Shown: positions 33,758 to 47,500 of the stretch, one piece after another
Layout of the letters: each line of letters opens with the position of its first letter
Numbering within the stretch: position 1 is the first letter of the stretch
NCBI RefSeq assembly: GCF_036321535.1
Contig: NC_087436.1
Span: 67,148,001 to 67,212,000 of the forward strand
DNA from: Camelus dromedarius
Taxonomy: Eukaryota
Direction: 5' to 3'
Length of the DNA: 64,000 nucleotides
Program-made: the position numbers and the translations under genes
Notes under the pieces: generated by a model
The model's database searches: none
What the model saw: the letters and a program-made list of their open reading frames with translations, nothing else
Told to the model about the DNA's origin: nothing

Positions 33758-34337
33758 ATTTTTAATGGAGTATAGTTAATTTACAATGTGTTAGTTTCAA
33801 CTGTACAGAAAAGTGATTCAATTATACATATATGTTTATTCTTTTTCAAATACTTTTCCATTATTGTTTGTTACAAGATATTGAATATAGTTCCCTGTGC
33901 TATACAGTAGGTCCTTATCTGTTTTATATATAGCAGTGTGTATCTGTTAATCCCAAACTCCTAATTTATCCCTCATCCCTCTTTGCTAACCGTAAGTTTG
34001 TTTTCTATGTCTGAGTCTATTTTTATTTTGTAAATAAGTTCATTTTTACCCTTTTTTATATTCCACATATAAATGATATCATATGATATTTGTCTTTGAC
34101 TTACTTCACTTACTCTGATACTCTCTAGGTCCATTCATGTTGCTGCAAATGGCATTATTTCATTCCTTTTTATGGCCGAGTAATATTCCATTGCATGTAT
34201 ATACCACAGCTTTAGCCATTCATCTATTGATGGACATTTAGGTTGTTTCCATGTCTTGGATATTGTAAATTATGCTGTTGTGAACATTGAGGTGCATGTA
34301 TCTTTTCAAATTAGAGTTTTTGTCTTTCCTGGATATA
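33758..34337 (-). mobile_element. 5'-truncated L1 3' end
   Basis: ggagtatagttaatttacaatg...gttccctgtgctatacagtagg...gttgctgcaaatggcattatttc; same class as 4081-5515. Confidence 0.9.
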
Positions 34338-36059
34338 TTTTTAATAATAAAAGGATAAATCTTGAAATGCCTTGAAACATAAAAATTATCCAGTACTGTC
34401 TAGTACATAGCAAAGAGGGGATTGTAGGTAGAGAAAATGAAGAAGTCTACATGGCAAACATTATTAAATGCGTGTTGTGTCCTGAAAACTGCAAGTACTC
34501 CAAGTTGGCTAAAGCACAAGATGTATGTGTGGGGTTCTAATAGAGATAATTCCGCAAAAGTAAATTGGGCCATAAGGTAGGCTGTTGCTTTGATGACCAG
34601 CCTTGAGATTGTCTACTAGTTAAGAACATTTCTTCTTTATGTGGGTTAAATAATTCTATTAATCAGGGTTGCTTAAAATTCACTTAATATACCTTTTCTA
34701 TTAAAATTGTGCAAAGGCAAATGTTAGCCTTTCACTGTGGGAATTATTCAAGTTATTAATTTTTATAAAAAATATAATTCCTGTGTTCAGTTTATTCTAA
34801 AATGTACATTAAACCCATGAGTATTTATTTCACTGATTTTCACACTGATAAATTCCAAATGTTCCAACCATTCTGTATGTAACTGTACTGAGATAATACC
34901 ACAAACTTCAAGTAGAAAATAAAACCTTGATGTTAGAATTTTCTTACCCAAACATTCTTATAATGTTGCTCTTTTCACAAAGGATGAGAAAAAGGAAACC
35001 AAAATATACTAATTATCATTTTAAAATTTAAAATTTCCAGAGACTGTTTATAGTAGAGAGGATTACAAACAGTGGCAAAACCATGAGTCCCTAAAGGAGA
35101 GGGTGGACATGGTAAAAATACATGTGATAGACCAGGCTAATTGGTAATGCAAGAATGGTTCAAGTTACTAATGCACATTAAGGGAGAGTCACAAATTTGA
35201 AACATAGTATACAGGCTAAAGTGAAACAGTCTGACCTCTTAAATAATTACACAGAGATTGTATTTCTCAACCTAATAAACAAAATTGTGTTTTGCTTTTG
35301 TTTGTTTTATTTGTCTCTTTTGATTATTTTTTCATGAGCCTTCTATTTATATAAGAGATTCTGGTACACCTTTCTCTGCCATTCAAAAATAGATTTATAT
35401 AGAAGCTTTTCAGGGACATCTAGTCTCTCAAACAGGTAATTTTAATAAACTAATTAGGTTGTCTGAATGCTTCACTGTTACAATGATAGACAATATATAA
35501 ACACCCAGGCTGTCACCTGAACACTCAGCATAGCCAAATTTGCATTTGAATAGTTGCCAGAATGTATTTTTTTGCTTTTGGATCCACTGCATCATGCATT
35601 CTTTTAGTCTTTTGTAAAAGAAAAATCTGCAGCAAAATTGCAGAAAGCCTTGTTAATTCATTTTTTAATGAATAATGCCCTTTGGCATTCTCTTTGATAG
35701 TCATGGTTTGCTGGAATGAACAGCGTACAGTTCTCTTTTTGGATTACTACAGTCCTTTTCAAGCTTGAATATGCCTTGGGGGTAAAATAGAGGGTTATCC
35801 ATTTGTACACAGGAGGGAAGGTACGTGGATGAATACCAAATTGAAGTATTGGGGTGCATAAGGAATTTACTTAGTGGAGATTGAGTTAAATGAGTTTGTC
35901 CATGGAATACTATTTTAATAGGATGTTTATATTAAGGTTATGCCTTAACATACAATGTGAATTAAATAATTCAGGAAGTTTCTCAGACAATACAGCAAGT
36001 TGTAATTTCTAAAGTATGTTTTCTTTGTTTTTGCATACTTTTATGGGCCAAAGTTTAAG

Positions 36060-36480
36060 TAATTTTAATAAATATTTATTGAGTGGGTACAAAGATTCAG
36101 TTACTATGCAAAGAGCTGAGAATATAGGCAAGCATGAAAAGTAATCTCTAACTTTAGGATTTGTATTGTATCAGAGGAGACAGACAAGCATCTCGCTATC
36201 TATGATGAAATGTGATAAGTGGCATAATAGAAACATAGCAGGAGCAATTATAACTGAATGGAAAAAGTGATTAATTTTGTATGGAGGGACATCTGGACAG
36301 ATTTTATAAAATATGTAACACTTGAATTGAGAATTTTGAAGGAAATCCCTGGATAATGGTGAAGATGAAGATAAGAAGGAAGTCTGGAGGAGTATTGGGA
36401 AATGGCAAGAGAGGAGGCTGGGAAAATAAGATGTCAGGATCAGTTTCTACTTTAATGTGCCTTTGTAGAAATAGCCCACT
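36060..36480 (-). mobile_element. L2 3' remnant
   Basis: aataaatatttattgagtg...gagacagacaag...aatgtgataagtg, reverse of the L2 3' end. Confidence 0.55.
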
Positions 36481-37049
36481 CCAAGATCTGATAATCTGGG
36501 GGCCATGATGATTCCTGGACAATTTGTATGTGTTCATCAGTTGTTTTGAAACAATTGCCATTGAATATTAGTGGATATTTTAATAATTTGGAGTCAGAAC
36601 ATGGTTTTAAATTAGTTACTGATCCTGGTATTTCCCTTCTGTATTATTAGCTGTGATCTGTCCCAAGAGTAACACCAGTGAAGCAAGAAGATCAAAATTT
36701 CATAAATTTAATAGGGTTTATACGTATACAGGTAAAGATTCTAATTTCATCAAAATGTTCAATCAAGAATGAAGGATTTCAAGATCAATTAAATTTGGGA
36801 GAGTAAATAATAAATTAACTTTTTACAAGAGTCACATTCAGCATAAAGTTCTGACAATCCTGAAATAGACAATCTTATTTAACTTTGTTAAACTCACTTG
36901 TTTGAGTAAAATAAATTTTTTCTTAACAAGTGAGTAACAGATATAAGAGATGCACCATTTACCAAGCACATATGTGAACTATGAACCAGTCCTTTGTGGG
37001 TTTTTTTTTTCCCTCAAATCCATTCTTTGCCTGAGTGATGCTGGGCTCA

Positions 37050-37464
37050 AAATAATAGGGAACTGACCATAAAGGCTACATTGTCCAAGTTCCTATAGTA
37101 GCAGACTTGTGGCTGAGAAACCAATAGGAAGCAGTGTTTGAGGGATTAGAGAGTGGAACTAAGGGAGAAGCCAGGGTATTTTCTCCTCCTTTCTCTGGCA
37201 GATCCCATATTCCCCCTTGGCTCCAGCTCTGACTAAATAAGCTCCATGTGGTTCCAGCAGCTCGTGGCACACCCATTTTCTAGGTGCCAATGTTACTGCC
37301 TCTTGACTTTATAATAAACTTAGAACTTGTAGTGTCTTCTGCTGTTGATAATACTTCACCATCCCATTTGACTTCACAGCTCTTGTATTACCAGTGTGAC
37401 AAGCTCCTATTTCAAACATTTTGAGAGAAATTTCTGTTTCCCTAGATGGACCCTAACTGATACA
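37050..37464 (+). mobile_element. Solo ERVL-type LTR (LTR33-like)
   Basis: agggagaagccagggtatttt... and terminal tttctgtttccctagatggaccctaactgataca, resembling the LTR33 3' end. Confidence 0.65.
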
Positions 37465-39631
37465 ACACCATAAAAAATTTTTTCACAGAAGTTAGATTTG
37501 CACAATTGCTTTAAGAGGTTATTACTATTATCCCTTTCTTACAAATGAAAGGAAATCAGAATAGTCTGTAATTCTACCAAGTTTTAGTGAATCCAAACCA
37601 ATGTTACTCCACACTACAAAAAAAATGTCATTTTGCAAAAGCCCTCTCAAAGGAAACAAAGAGAAGAGGAATATGAAAAAAGGAGTTCTTGAACTCCCAA
37701 CTGATTTCAGTCATCTTCCTCATTACCAAGATGCATAGTAAATCTCATTACAACTCAGGTTTGAGAATCTTGTCTTTCAGGTCTTCTTCAGCAGCATCCA
37801 CAACCTCCTGATTCTACCATAATAGTCAGAATGGAAGAAAAGCATTTTCTCTTACTAGTCCAGATTTTTAAGAGGCCAGTCCTACCTATACTTTTGTTGA
37901 AAGTTACTTGAAGCTGTATGCAAGCATATTTAAAAACTCTAATGGATACAGTATTGGCACAAAGCTCAATTTTTCTCTTTATATATAGCCAAGTCTTTGA
38001 TGAGAAACAAAGCTGTTTTTGGTGTTTTATATATGTCATCTAGTTTTTTTTTTTAACAGTATAGTCTGTTAGCACTTAGTACTAATTCTATCTAAGCATC
38101 ATGAAATGGCCTCTTCCTCCTCTTGGAAATTAAAAACCAAACAAACATTTTTTCCTTTTTTCTTTTAGATAAAAAATTCAAGCCATTAGGAAATCCTGAG
38201 AGAAGACTACTATAATGTGTTTTTATCTTGGTCTTTTATATAATGTTTTCTTTATCATTGTAGTTTTCCACCTGCTACTCAAAGACATAATTAAAACATC
38301 AAAATGACTTCTTTTAAAATAGACAGTATTCCTAGCAAGTTGAACTTAATAAAAGTAAGATCTTCAGAACTTAATACCAAGTCTCTATAATTCTTTATCT
38401 CTCTCTCTCCATGTCTAATAATAGTGATCTTATATTGTCTCTCTTTTTTTCTTAGTTTAACAATTTAATGACAATGATGGTGTATGTTTTGTTTGTTTTG
38501 GTGAATCAGGAGACAAAATGCTTTCCACTGACATCAAATCTCAAGACAGTGACTTTAAGGATATGTTTTGAACAGGAGGCATTCACTAAAAAAATAGCAG
38601 TGTTTTAGATAGCTGACTTTTCTACAAGCTTTGATAGATTTTTTTTTAACATTCTTTTCAGGGAACAGTAAACTTTCAAAAATATGTCAGAAACCACTGA
38701 TTTTTATTTGTAAGTTTCTTCAGCTTTGAACAAGGTGATATTTTATAAGATCAAAGTCCTATAAGTTTCTTGATAGTAATTAATTTTCTCAACATTTACT
38801 ATATTCCACACTGTCTTGTAAGGTGTAGAAGATGCACATAAGAAGTTAATCAACCATGAAGCAAAAGTTTAGCATGCATAGAGATCATTCAGGTTTCAGT
38901 TAAGGCAGCTTCAAACATTAGAAAAGATGGAGTGTCAGCAGAAAGGAGCATCTAGTTAAAATTTGAAAATGGAAAATGTGTCTAAATTTGATAGAACTTC
39001 AACATTGTGTTTGAATCACCCTTTCAAATACTAATTCCAACAGAAGGTCATATGCAGTGAGATAATACAGAATTGAAGTAAACAAGCCTCATGGTTATAC
39101 AGAACCAATCAAGCAATATTTGGAGGTGTCCTAATAACATGCACCTTAAGTTCACTAAAGTCTCATTTTAAGTCCTTAAAATTATGTTCAAAAATATGTA
39201 TACACATGTGTTTATGTTTTATAAAGTGATAGGGATGAATTAAAATCCAATAGACTACATTTCTCTTATCTTTAGGAAGGTATTAGACAAATTCTCTTAT
39301 TTAGTGGAGCTAATAATTGTAACTCCAAATGTACGTATATTTTTGTGCCTGTATTTTGTACGTGCAACATGCTATTTAAGATTATTCCCACAGTACATTT
39401 TGGGCAATAATTTATTCAATGTAATGAAATAAAAATGAAACATTTTTGTGTTTCAAAAAAGAGGAACATTAGTTCAGCATAGGATAATGAAAAGACCTCA
39501 AGTGGCATAAGCTGAGTTCATGTCCAAACTCTAGCACTTACTGTATATGTTACTTTGATGTAGTTTACACTTCTTGAACATGCTTCCACTTTGGAGATCA
39601 TCTAAAACAGCTTTCTTATAACATCTGCAGT

Positions 39632-39955
39632 TTTTTTTTATTTAAAAAATTTTTTATTGAGTATAGTGAGTTACAGTGTATCAGTTTCTGGTATACAGCA
39701 CAATGTCCCAGTCATGCATATACATGCATATATTTGTTTTCATATTGTTTTCATTAAAGGTTATTATAAGATATTGAATATAGTTCCCTGTGTTATACAG
39801 AAGAAATTTGTTTTCTTAATCTATTTTTACATATAAGGGCTAACATTTGCAAATCTCAAACTCCCAAATTTATCCCTTCATACCCCCTTTCCTCCGGTAA
39901 GCATAAGAATGTTTACTATGTCTGTGAGTCTGTTTCTGTTTTGTGGATGAATTCA
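39632..39955 (-). mobile_element. L1 3'UTR fragment (lineage-specific)
   Basis: T-tract, then tttattgagtatag...cagcacaatgtcccagtcatgcat...gttccctgtgttatacagaag. Confidence 0.85.
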
Positions 39956-41441
39956 TCTTTAGAACATTAAGAAAGTAATATAAGTCATAGGACTTAAAAG
40001 ACTAAAAAATGAGAAGTCAATTTTAATCCTTTTTTATTCAAATACTGCCTATTCAATGCACAGGGTTCTTCAATACACTAACACAAATGGGCTTTGTGGC
40101 TTTGACTGTTTAAACGTCTTACATGTTTCTGAAACACAACAAACATATTGCATTAATATTTATTTACAAGCTATATTTAATCTAAAATCAATAATTATAT
40201 GGAAATTTATTGCCATAATTTTACTTTTCCAAATGGTGTTCATTTTCTTCTTATAGTTTATCAAGTAGATATTTAATAATAAATACGTTCCTGGTATTGA
40301 TGTGGATATGAGTATTTATTTTGCAAAATAAATTACAGAGTCATTTCAGATGACTGACTTACTTCTTTAGAGGTATGCATTTTACACATTTGTGTATAAA
40401 CAGAACCTGGGAAAATAACTGTTGGTAGAGCTTGATGGATAAAGTGTTCTTTTATATAAGGGTTGTCTCTGTGGATGTTCTTCACACATAAACTGAACAC
40501 AGTCAAGTCAAATCTTTCTAGGTCCATATGTAGATTGATTAATGATAGAGAAGAGTTAATGCTTATGGAGTGCACTATAGACACTAACTTTAAACCACAC
40601 ACAGAACTAGGAGGTCTTTTGTTGTTGTTATTGCTTTGGTTTTTTTAACTCTGTAGATGACCAAATTAAGTCATGGGTATAAGAAACTTGCTGAAGCTCA
40701 GAAACCTCAAAAATAAGAGAATCTAAACTCAAGTTGTCTGTCACAAAAGCTTGTACAGTTAGCTACTCAAAGCTGTCTCTGTAGTTCATGGATTAAGTTT
40801 AGCCAAATATGTTTCTTTTGCTTGTTTTAATGTACGGGGAAAGAAGAAACTAATGATATCTATTTGCTGAACAAATAAAAGAGAAACAGTGGGCTTTGAA
40901 GATTCATTTTACTTTATGATGAAAAAAAACTATGTCTAATTAAGTGCAAGGATTAAGTAGGAGGAATATAGATTTTACTATTTTCAAGAAAACCTAAAAA
41001 AAAAATCAGATACCTTCTATGTGTGTAAAATTGTTCTAGGCACACATGACCCAAATTAAAGTTAGTTTGTGTGTCATTGTGGTAGGAAATATACATATGA
41101 GAAAAAAAAGTAACAATGCAGAGTATGTTCAAAAGACAGGATTAACTAAATATTCTAGATATTTGGAGGAAGGTAATATTACTACATGGTAGTAAAACAG
41201 GTATAAATAAAGTAACTACTAATTGAATCCTGAATAGTGTGTGAGCTTCACAGTAATAAAGAGGATGTGGTTGGTATTTCAAATTGAGATGGTTGTGAGA
41301 AGCAAGATTCTAAGACAGACTTTGGACTCATGAGTAGGTATAGAGAGGGAAACTGTAGACAGGTGAAGATGAGTTACTGCACAGTACCTAGTACATAATA
41401 AAAGCTCAGTCAACATTTATTGAAGTAAAGCATGAAACAAG

Positions 41442-41940
41442 ACCAGTAATTCGAAAAGATATGTGCACCCCAATGTTCATAATGTTATTTACAATTGCCA
41501 GAAGCAACCTAAGTGTCCATCAACAGATGAATAGATAAAGACGATGTGGTATACACACACACACACACACACACAATAGAATACTACTCAGCCATAAAAA
41601 TACAAAAATTTGCCATTTGCAACAACATGGATGGACTTGGAGGGCATTATACTAAGTGAAATAAGTCATACAGAGAAAGGCAGATACTGTATGATATCAC
41701 TTATATATGGAATCTAAAAAATACAGCAAACTGGCAAATACAACAAAAAAGAAGCAGACTCATAGAGAACAAACTAATGGTTACCATTGGGGAGAAGGGA
41801 CAATATAGGAGTTAGAGATACAAAGTAGTGGGTGTATGAAGACTCAAGGATGTATTACACAACACAAGGAATATAGGCAATATTTTGTAATAACTGTAAA
41901 TGGAAAATAACCTTTAAAATGTATAAAAATTGAATAAAAT
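41442..41940 (+). mobile_element. 5'-truncated L1 3' end with internal (CA)n
   Basis: gatatgtgcaccccaatgttcata...aagtgtccatcaacagatgaat...atggatggacttggagggcattat; ends in AATAAA. Confidence 0.9.
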
Positions 41941-43862
41941 CTAAAGCTAATTTCATTTTATAGTTTAGCCAGTGTGTTTTTATTTTATTTACTGAGTAAT
42001 CTTATGTTCATTGACAGAGTTTTAGGAATAAAAACAAATAGTTTTAGTAGTTTTTTTTTAAATAAAAGAAAACTGGATCCTATATAAATTTGAGAAGAAA
42101 AATTGTGTGTTACATATTAAGTGTCCCCAACAAATAGCACAATACCTAGCAGATAAAAGGTACTCAACATGAAGTAATGGAAATTATACTTAATATAAAT
42201 AATTTTGAAATATTTATGCTTATCCATGCATCTTACTGTGGACAACCATCCTTTCCTGAGAAGGTGGTTTTAGGCAAAGTGTGAAAGTTAAGAATGCAGT
42301 AATTTATAAGAAACTTTCAATGATATTTTTCATAGGAAGAAAACCAGGCTCTATACTCTTTGTATAGTCAGAAAGTGGCATTTTGTGCTTTAATTTTAGA
42401 ATAGGTCTTTCTGACTAAGGAAACATTTGGATATGTTTTTTAAAATGTCAACAGTACAAGAGAAAATGTTATGTCTGTTTTTAATCTTTCCCCCCCACAC
42501 TTCCCTAACATCCAGAGAAGACCCACAAAAGCAGGTAAGAGATAAAAGGAAGAGGTGACTTTGAGTCATCTCCATTCTTTGCTCTAACATGGGTCTGTCA
42601 CTGCCACAGCCTCACTGAACATGTGTAAAAGTGTTAATGTGTCAAGAGTTCTATCATTATTTGACCGTAATCTTTATCTTTCCTTTACTAAGAAAGGGGG
42701 GTGAACAAGTGAAAAGTGTAGGGACATAAAAACCAATTCTTACTAATGTATAGTTATTTATTCAAACAATCTGTTACTGTTTCCAAGTAAGTTACAAAGA
42801 GACATAAATCATAATTTCTAAAGAGCTGTCTGAGCCATGCTGAAAACCAGAAAAACCAACTAATTTTTTTTTCTTACCTTCATATTACTTTTTTCTAATT
42901 TAATTTTTTAAAACATTTCTGAGTACAAATTAACAAAGGTCTTAATTAAAAAAAACCCCTATATTGTGCAGATATTTTTTCTTCATCCTAGCTAAAGGTT
43001 TTTATCGCTTGTATTTTCACTCCTGGAAATACAAATTTGAATACAACCTAGGATCTACTCCAACTGCTGATATGAAATTTTACCTCCAACTCAAGTACAA
43101 TTTTCAGTATTAATTCAATTTTGGGCTAGACATGAGACACACTTTCTTTTTCTTTCTTTTGGATTTACATTTTGTTTTCTAAATTTGCTACGAATTGTAG
43201 AACTCTTGCTCAGATAAGTTAAAATAAGTAAATCTAAGTCTTTAATTTGAATGTGAAATTCTACTGCTATTAAAACACTGAATTTCTGAGTGGAATCCAA
43301 TATGCAGTTACTATGGAATAAATAATCTTTTGAAATTTTTGATCCAGATGTTTGATTATAAAAGTAAAAATGTTGTTTATTTTATCTACTTTATGTTTAA
43401 TAGCACCTTTGCTCTGTAGGATGCAAAAGTCTATCTTCTTTATATTTTGGGTAAAGTTACAATAAATTTTAGGATGAAGTCAGAGTGTTTACAAAAAGGG
43501 AATAGGATGGGGTTTCTCCAGAGATCAATATAACTTTTATTTTGAAGTGGAGAAACATCACACTCTTTTTGCCATGAATAATTATGTCATATTGACAAGC
43601 CCATTTAAAAATAGATTAATTCAAAAATAGACACCTTTCTATGCATCATGTATGGGAATAAACACTGTTGTTAATACATGCAGAAAACAAGGGAGAAGAT
43701 ATTTGAAGAAGGTATATATAGAAACCTATCCAAAAAAAAATCTTTTTTCTTCACTTTCATTAACTTTGTTATACTCACACAGACTGACGTCTTCAAGTTC
43801 AGCTACAGAGGCAGGAACTAAATGTCAAACCAGAAAAATGTTGACTCCCTTAGTAGGTAAAA

Positions 43863-43864
<2 letters not shown>

Positions 43865-43912
<48 letters not shown>
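43865..43912. repeat. (GT)24 microsatellite
   Basis: Directly visible. Confidence 0.98.
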
Positions 43913-43915
<3 letters not shown>

Positions 43916-44511
43916 GGTATGCCAGATGTTCCTAACTGTACAATAATTTCTAGCCTTTTAAAAGTTTATGGGTTGTAAATACATGGTACCCAGAGTGAAC
44001 CAAGAGATTAAAAACAAGACCCTGCACAAAGTGAATTCATTTTTATACTCAAATGCTTAATCCAGGTAGATGTTGTCACTTCATATTACTTCTGGCCTGA
44101 CCTGAAATGACATAGGCATGTTATCAAACAAGCAAAATTTTATTTTTGTAGTATTCCTAGTATACCTACTTTTCCTCACTGACAATTACTGGATGATAGA
44201 AGGAACCATTCTACAAAATATAACAAAGGACTTGGATAGATAAGCTCTTTTTAAAAAAAGAAATCTTGGCTTATTTTTGTTGTTGTTGTTATGACACTTA
44301 AAATATTTGTAGACCCCAGAGATCCATTCTTTATGCACTTATTTGCTTTTCACACACTTTCTGAGAAATGTTGCTAAATTTGCAATAATTTTTATTGTGG
44401 TTACTCCCTATAAACATCTCTAATGTCCAGTATCTTTCCTGTATCATCCCACTTTCCTTTCCAAATGCTGTCTAATCTTTAGCATGTTGTTTTTCTGTAT
44501 CCAAAATCTGT

Positions 44512-47500
44512 TGTCATTTTATTTGCAAATATGTTCTCTCCATCTGTAGGTTATCTTTTCATTTTGTTTATGGTTTTCTTTGCTTTGCAAAAGCTTATGT
44601 TTGATTAGGTCCCATTTATTTATTTTTGCTTTTATTTCTATTGCCTTGGTAGGATGACCTAGGAAAACATTGCTCTGATTTATGTCAGAATGTTTTGCCT
44701 ATGTTCTCTTCTAGTAGCTTTATGGTGTCCTGTCTTATGTTTAAGTCTTTAAGCCAATTTGAGTTTATTTTTATGTATGGTATGAGGGAGTGTTCTAAAT
44801 GCATTAATTTACATGCCACTGTCCAGCCTTCCCTACACCGCTTGTAAAAGAGATTGTCTTTTCTCCATTGTATATTCTTGCCTCCTTTGTCAAAAATTAA
44901 TTGACTGGGGGCATGTGGGTTTATTTCTGGGCTCTCCATTCTGTTTCATTGAACCATACATATGTTTTTCTGCCAATAGCATGCTATTTTGATTACTATA
45001 GCTCTATAGTATTGTCTGAAGTCTGAGAGGGTTGTGATACCTCAAGCTTTGTTCTTATTTTTCAGTATTACTTTAGCGATTCTGGTTATTTTGTGATTCC
45101 ATATACATTTTAGGATTATTTGTTCTAGTTCTGTGAAAAATGTCCTGGGTGGTTTGATAAGGATCCCATTGAACCTGTAGATTGCTTTCAGTAGTATGGC
45201 CATTTTAACAATGTTAATTCTTTCAATCCAAGAGCATGAGATATCTTTCCATTTCTTTAAGTCATCTTCAATTTATTTTGTAAATATTTTATAGTTCTCA
45301 GCATTTCACTTCTTTGGTCAGGTTAACTCCTAAGTATTTTATTTTTTTGATGTGATTTTAAAAGTTTTTTTTTTTTTTTTTTTTTTCGCTTTCCTTTTCT
45401 GATATTTCATTGTTAGTGTAAAGGAATGCTACAGATTTATGTATGTTAATGTTGTATCCTGCTACCTTGCTGAATTTGTTTATCAGTTCTAGTGGTTTTT
45501 GTGTGGAGTCTTTGGGATTTTTTATATATTTTATCAGGTCTTATGCATATACTGGCAATTTTACCTCTTCCCTTCCAATTTGGATCTCTTTCATGTTTTT
45601 CTTGTCTGATTGCTGTGGCTAGGACTTTCAATACTATGTTGAATAAAAGTGCTGAGTGTGGGCATCCTTGTCTTGATTCAGACTTTAGTGGGAAGTCTTT
45701 CAACTTCACCATTGAGTATTATGTTGGCTGTAGGTTTATCATAAATAGCTTTTATTATGTTGAGATATGTCTTCTTTATACCCACTTCGGTAGGAGTTTT
45801 TATCATGAATGGATGTTGAATTTTATCAAATGCTTTTTCTTCATCTATTGAGATGATTATGTGGCTTTGTCCTTTCTTTTATTCATGTGGTGTATCACAT
45901 TAATTTGTGTATGTTGAACCGTCCTTGTGATCCTGGGATGAATCCAGCTTGATCATTCTGTATGGTCTTTTTTATGTGTTGTTGGATTCAGTTTGCTAAT
46001 ATTTTGTTGAGAATTTTTCCATGTATGTTCACCAAAGATACTGGTCTGTAATTTCTTTTTTGGTAGTGTGTTTGTCTGGTTGTGGTATCAGGGTGAGGGT
46101 GGCTTCATAGAATGACTTTGGGAGTGTTTCCTCCTCTTCAGTCTTTTGGAAGAGTTTGAGAAAGATTGGCATAAGTTCTTTCTTTGTATGTTTGGTAGAA
46201 TTCCTCAGTGAAGCCATCTTGTCCTGTACTTTAGATTTAGTGAATTTTTTGTTTGTTCATTTGTTTGTTTGCTTTATAGATACTGTTTCACTTGTAATGA
46301 TCACTTTGTTCAAATTATCCATTTATTCTTGATTCAGTTTTGTTTGGCTGTATGTTTCTAGAAACTTGTCCATTTCTTTGGGTTTGTCCAGTTTGTACAA
46401 ACATAGTTGTTCATAGTATTCTCTTATAGGTTTTTGTGTTTCTGTAGTGTTGGTTGTAATTTCTCCATTTTCCTTTCTTATCTTGTTTATTTGTATCCTC
46501 TCTCTTTTCTTCTTACTGAGCCTGGCCAGAGGAGTTTGTTTATTTCATTTACTCTTTCAGTAAAACAGCTCTTGGTTTGATTTATTTTTAACCACTATTT
46601 TATTTATTTTCTCCCTGATTTTTATTATTTTGTAACTTCTACTGACTTTATATTTTGTTTGTTCTTTTTCTAATTCTTTTAGGTAGTAGTTTAGGTTGTT
46701 TATTTGAGATTTTTCTTGTTTTTTTGAAGAAGGCTTTTATCACTGTGAACTTCAGTCTTAGGACTGCTTTTGCTACACCCCATGGATTTTATGTGGTTAT
46801 ATTTTCATTGCCATTTGTCTCAAGGTATTTTTTAATTCTTTTTTAATTTCATTATTGGCCCATTGGTTTTTTAGTAGCATTCTGTTTAGTCTCCATGCAG
46901 TCTTTTTTTTTTCCCTTGTTTTTCTTTTTGTGGTTGATTTTTAATTTCATGCTGTTGTGGTCCGAAAAGATGCTTGAAATAATTTCTATCCTCTTAAATT
47001 TGTCAGGGTTTGTTTTATGTCCTAGTATGTGGTCCATTCTAGAGAATGTTCCATATGCACTTGAAAAGCATGTATATTCTGTTTTTTTTTTTTTTTAATT
47101 TAATGTCCTGAAGATATTGATGTCTAACTGGTCTGTTGTATCATTTGGAATCTCTGTTGCCTTAATTATTTTCTGTCTGGAAGATCTGCCCATTGATATT
47201 GGGCAGATTAGTGATTAAAATCTCCTATTATTACTGTATTCTCATAAATTTCTTCCCTTTATATCTGTTAATATTTGTTTTATGTATTTAGGTGCTCCTA
47301 TATTGGGTGTATATATGTTAACAAGTGTAATATCCTCTTCTTGTACTGATACTTTTATCATTATGTAGTGTCCTTCTCTATCTTTCTTTATGGCCTTTGT
47401 TTTAAAGTCTGTCTTGTCTGATATGAGTATTGCTACCCCTGTTTTCTTGTCATTTCCATTTGCATGAAATATCTTTTTCCATCCCCTCGCTTTCAACCTG

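Noticed and set aside
41442..44512. Idea that the + strand L1 3' piece is the inverted missing end of the 44.5-50.5 kb L1 (twin priming or inversion)
   Set aside because: They are 2.6 kb apart, ~0.4 kb of ORF2 between them is unaccounted for, and there is no shared TSD
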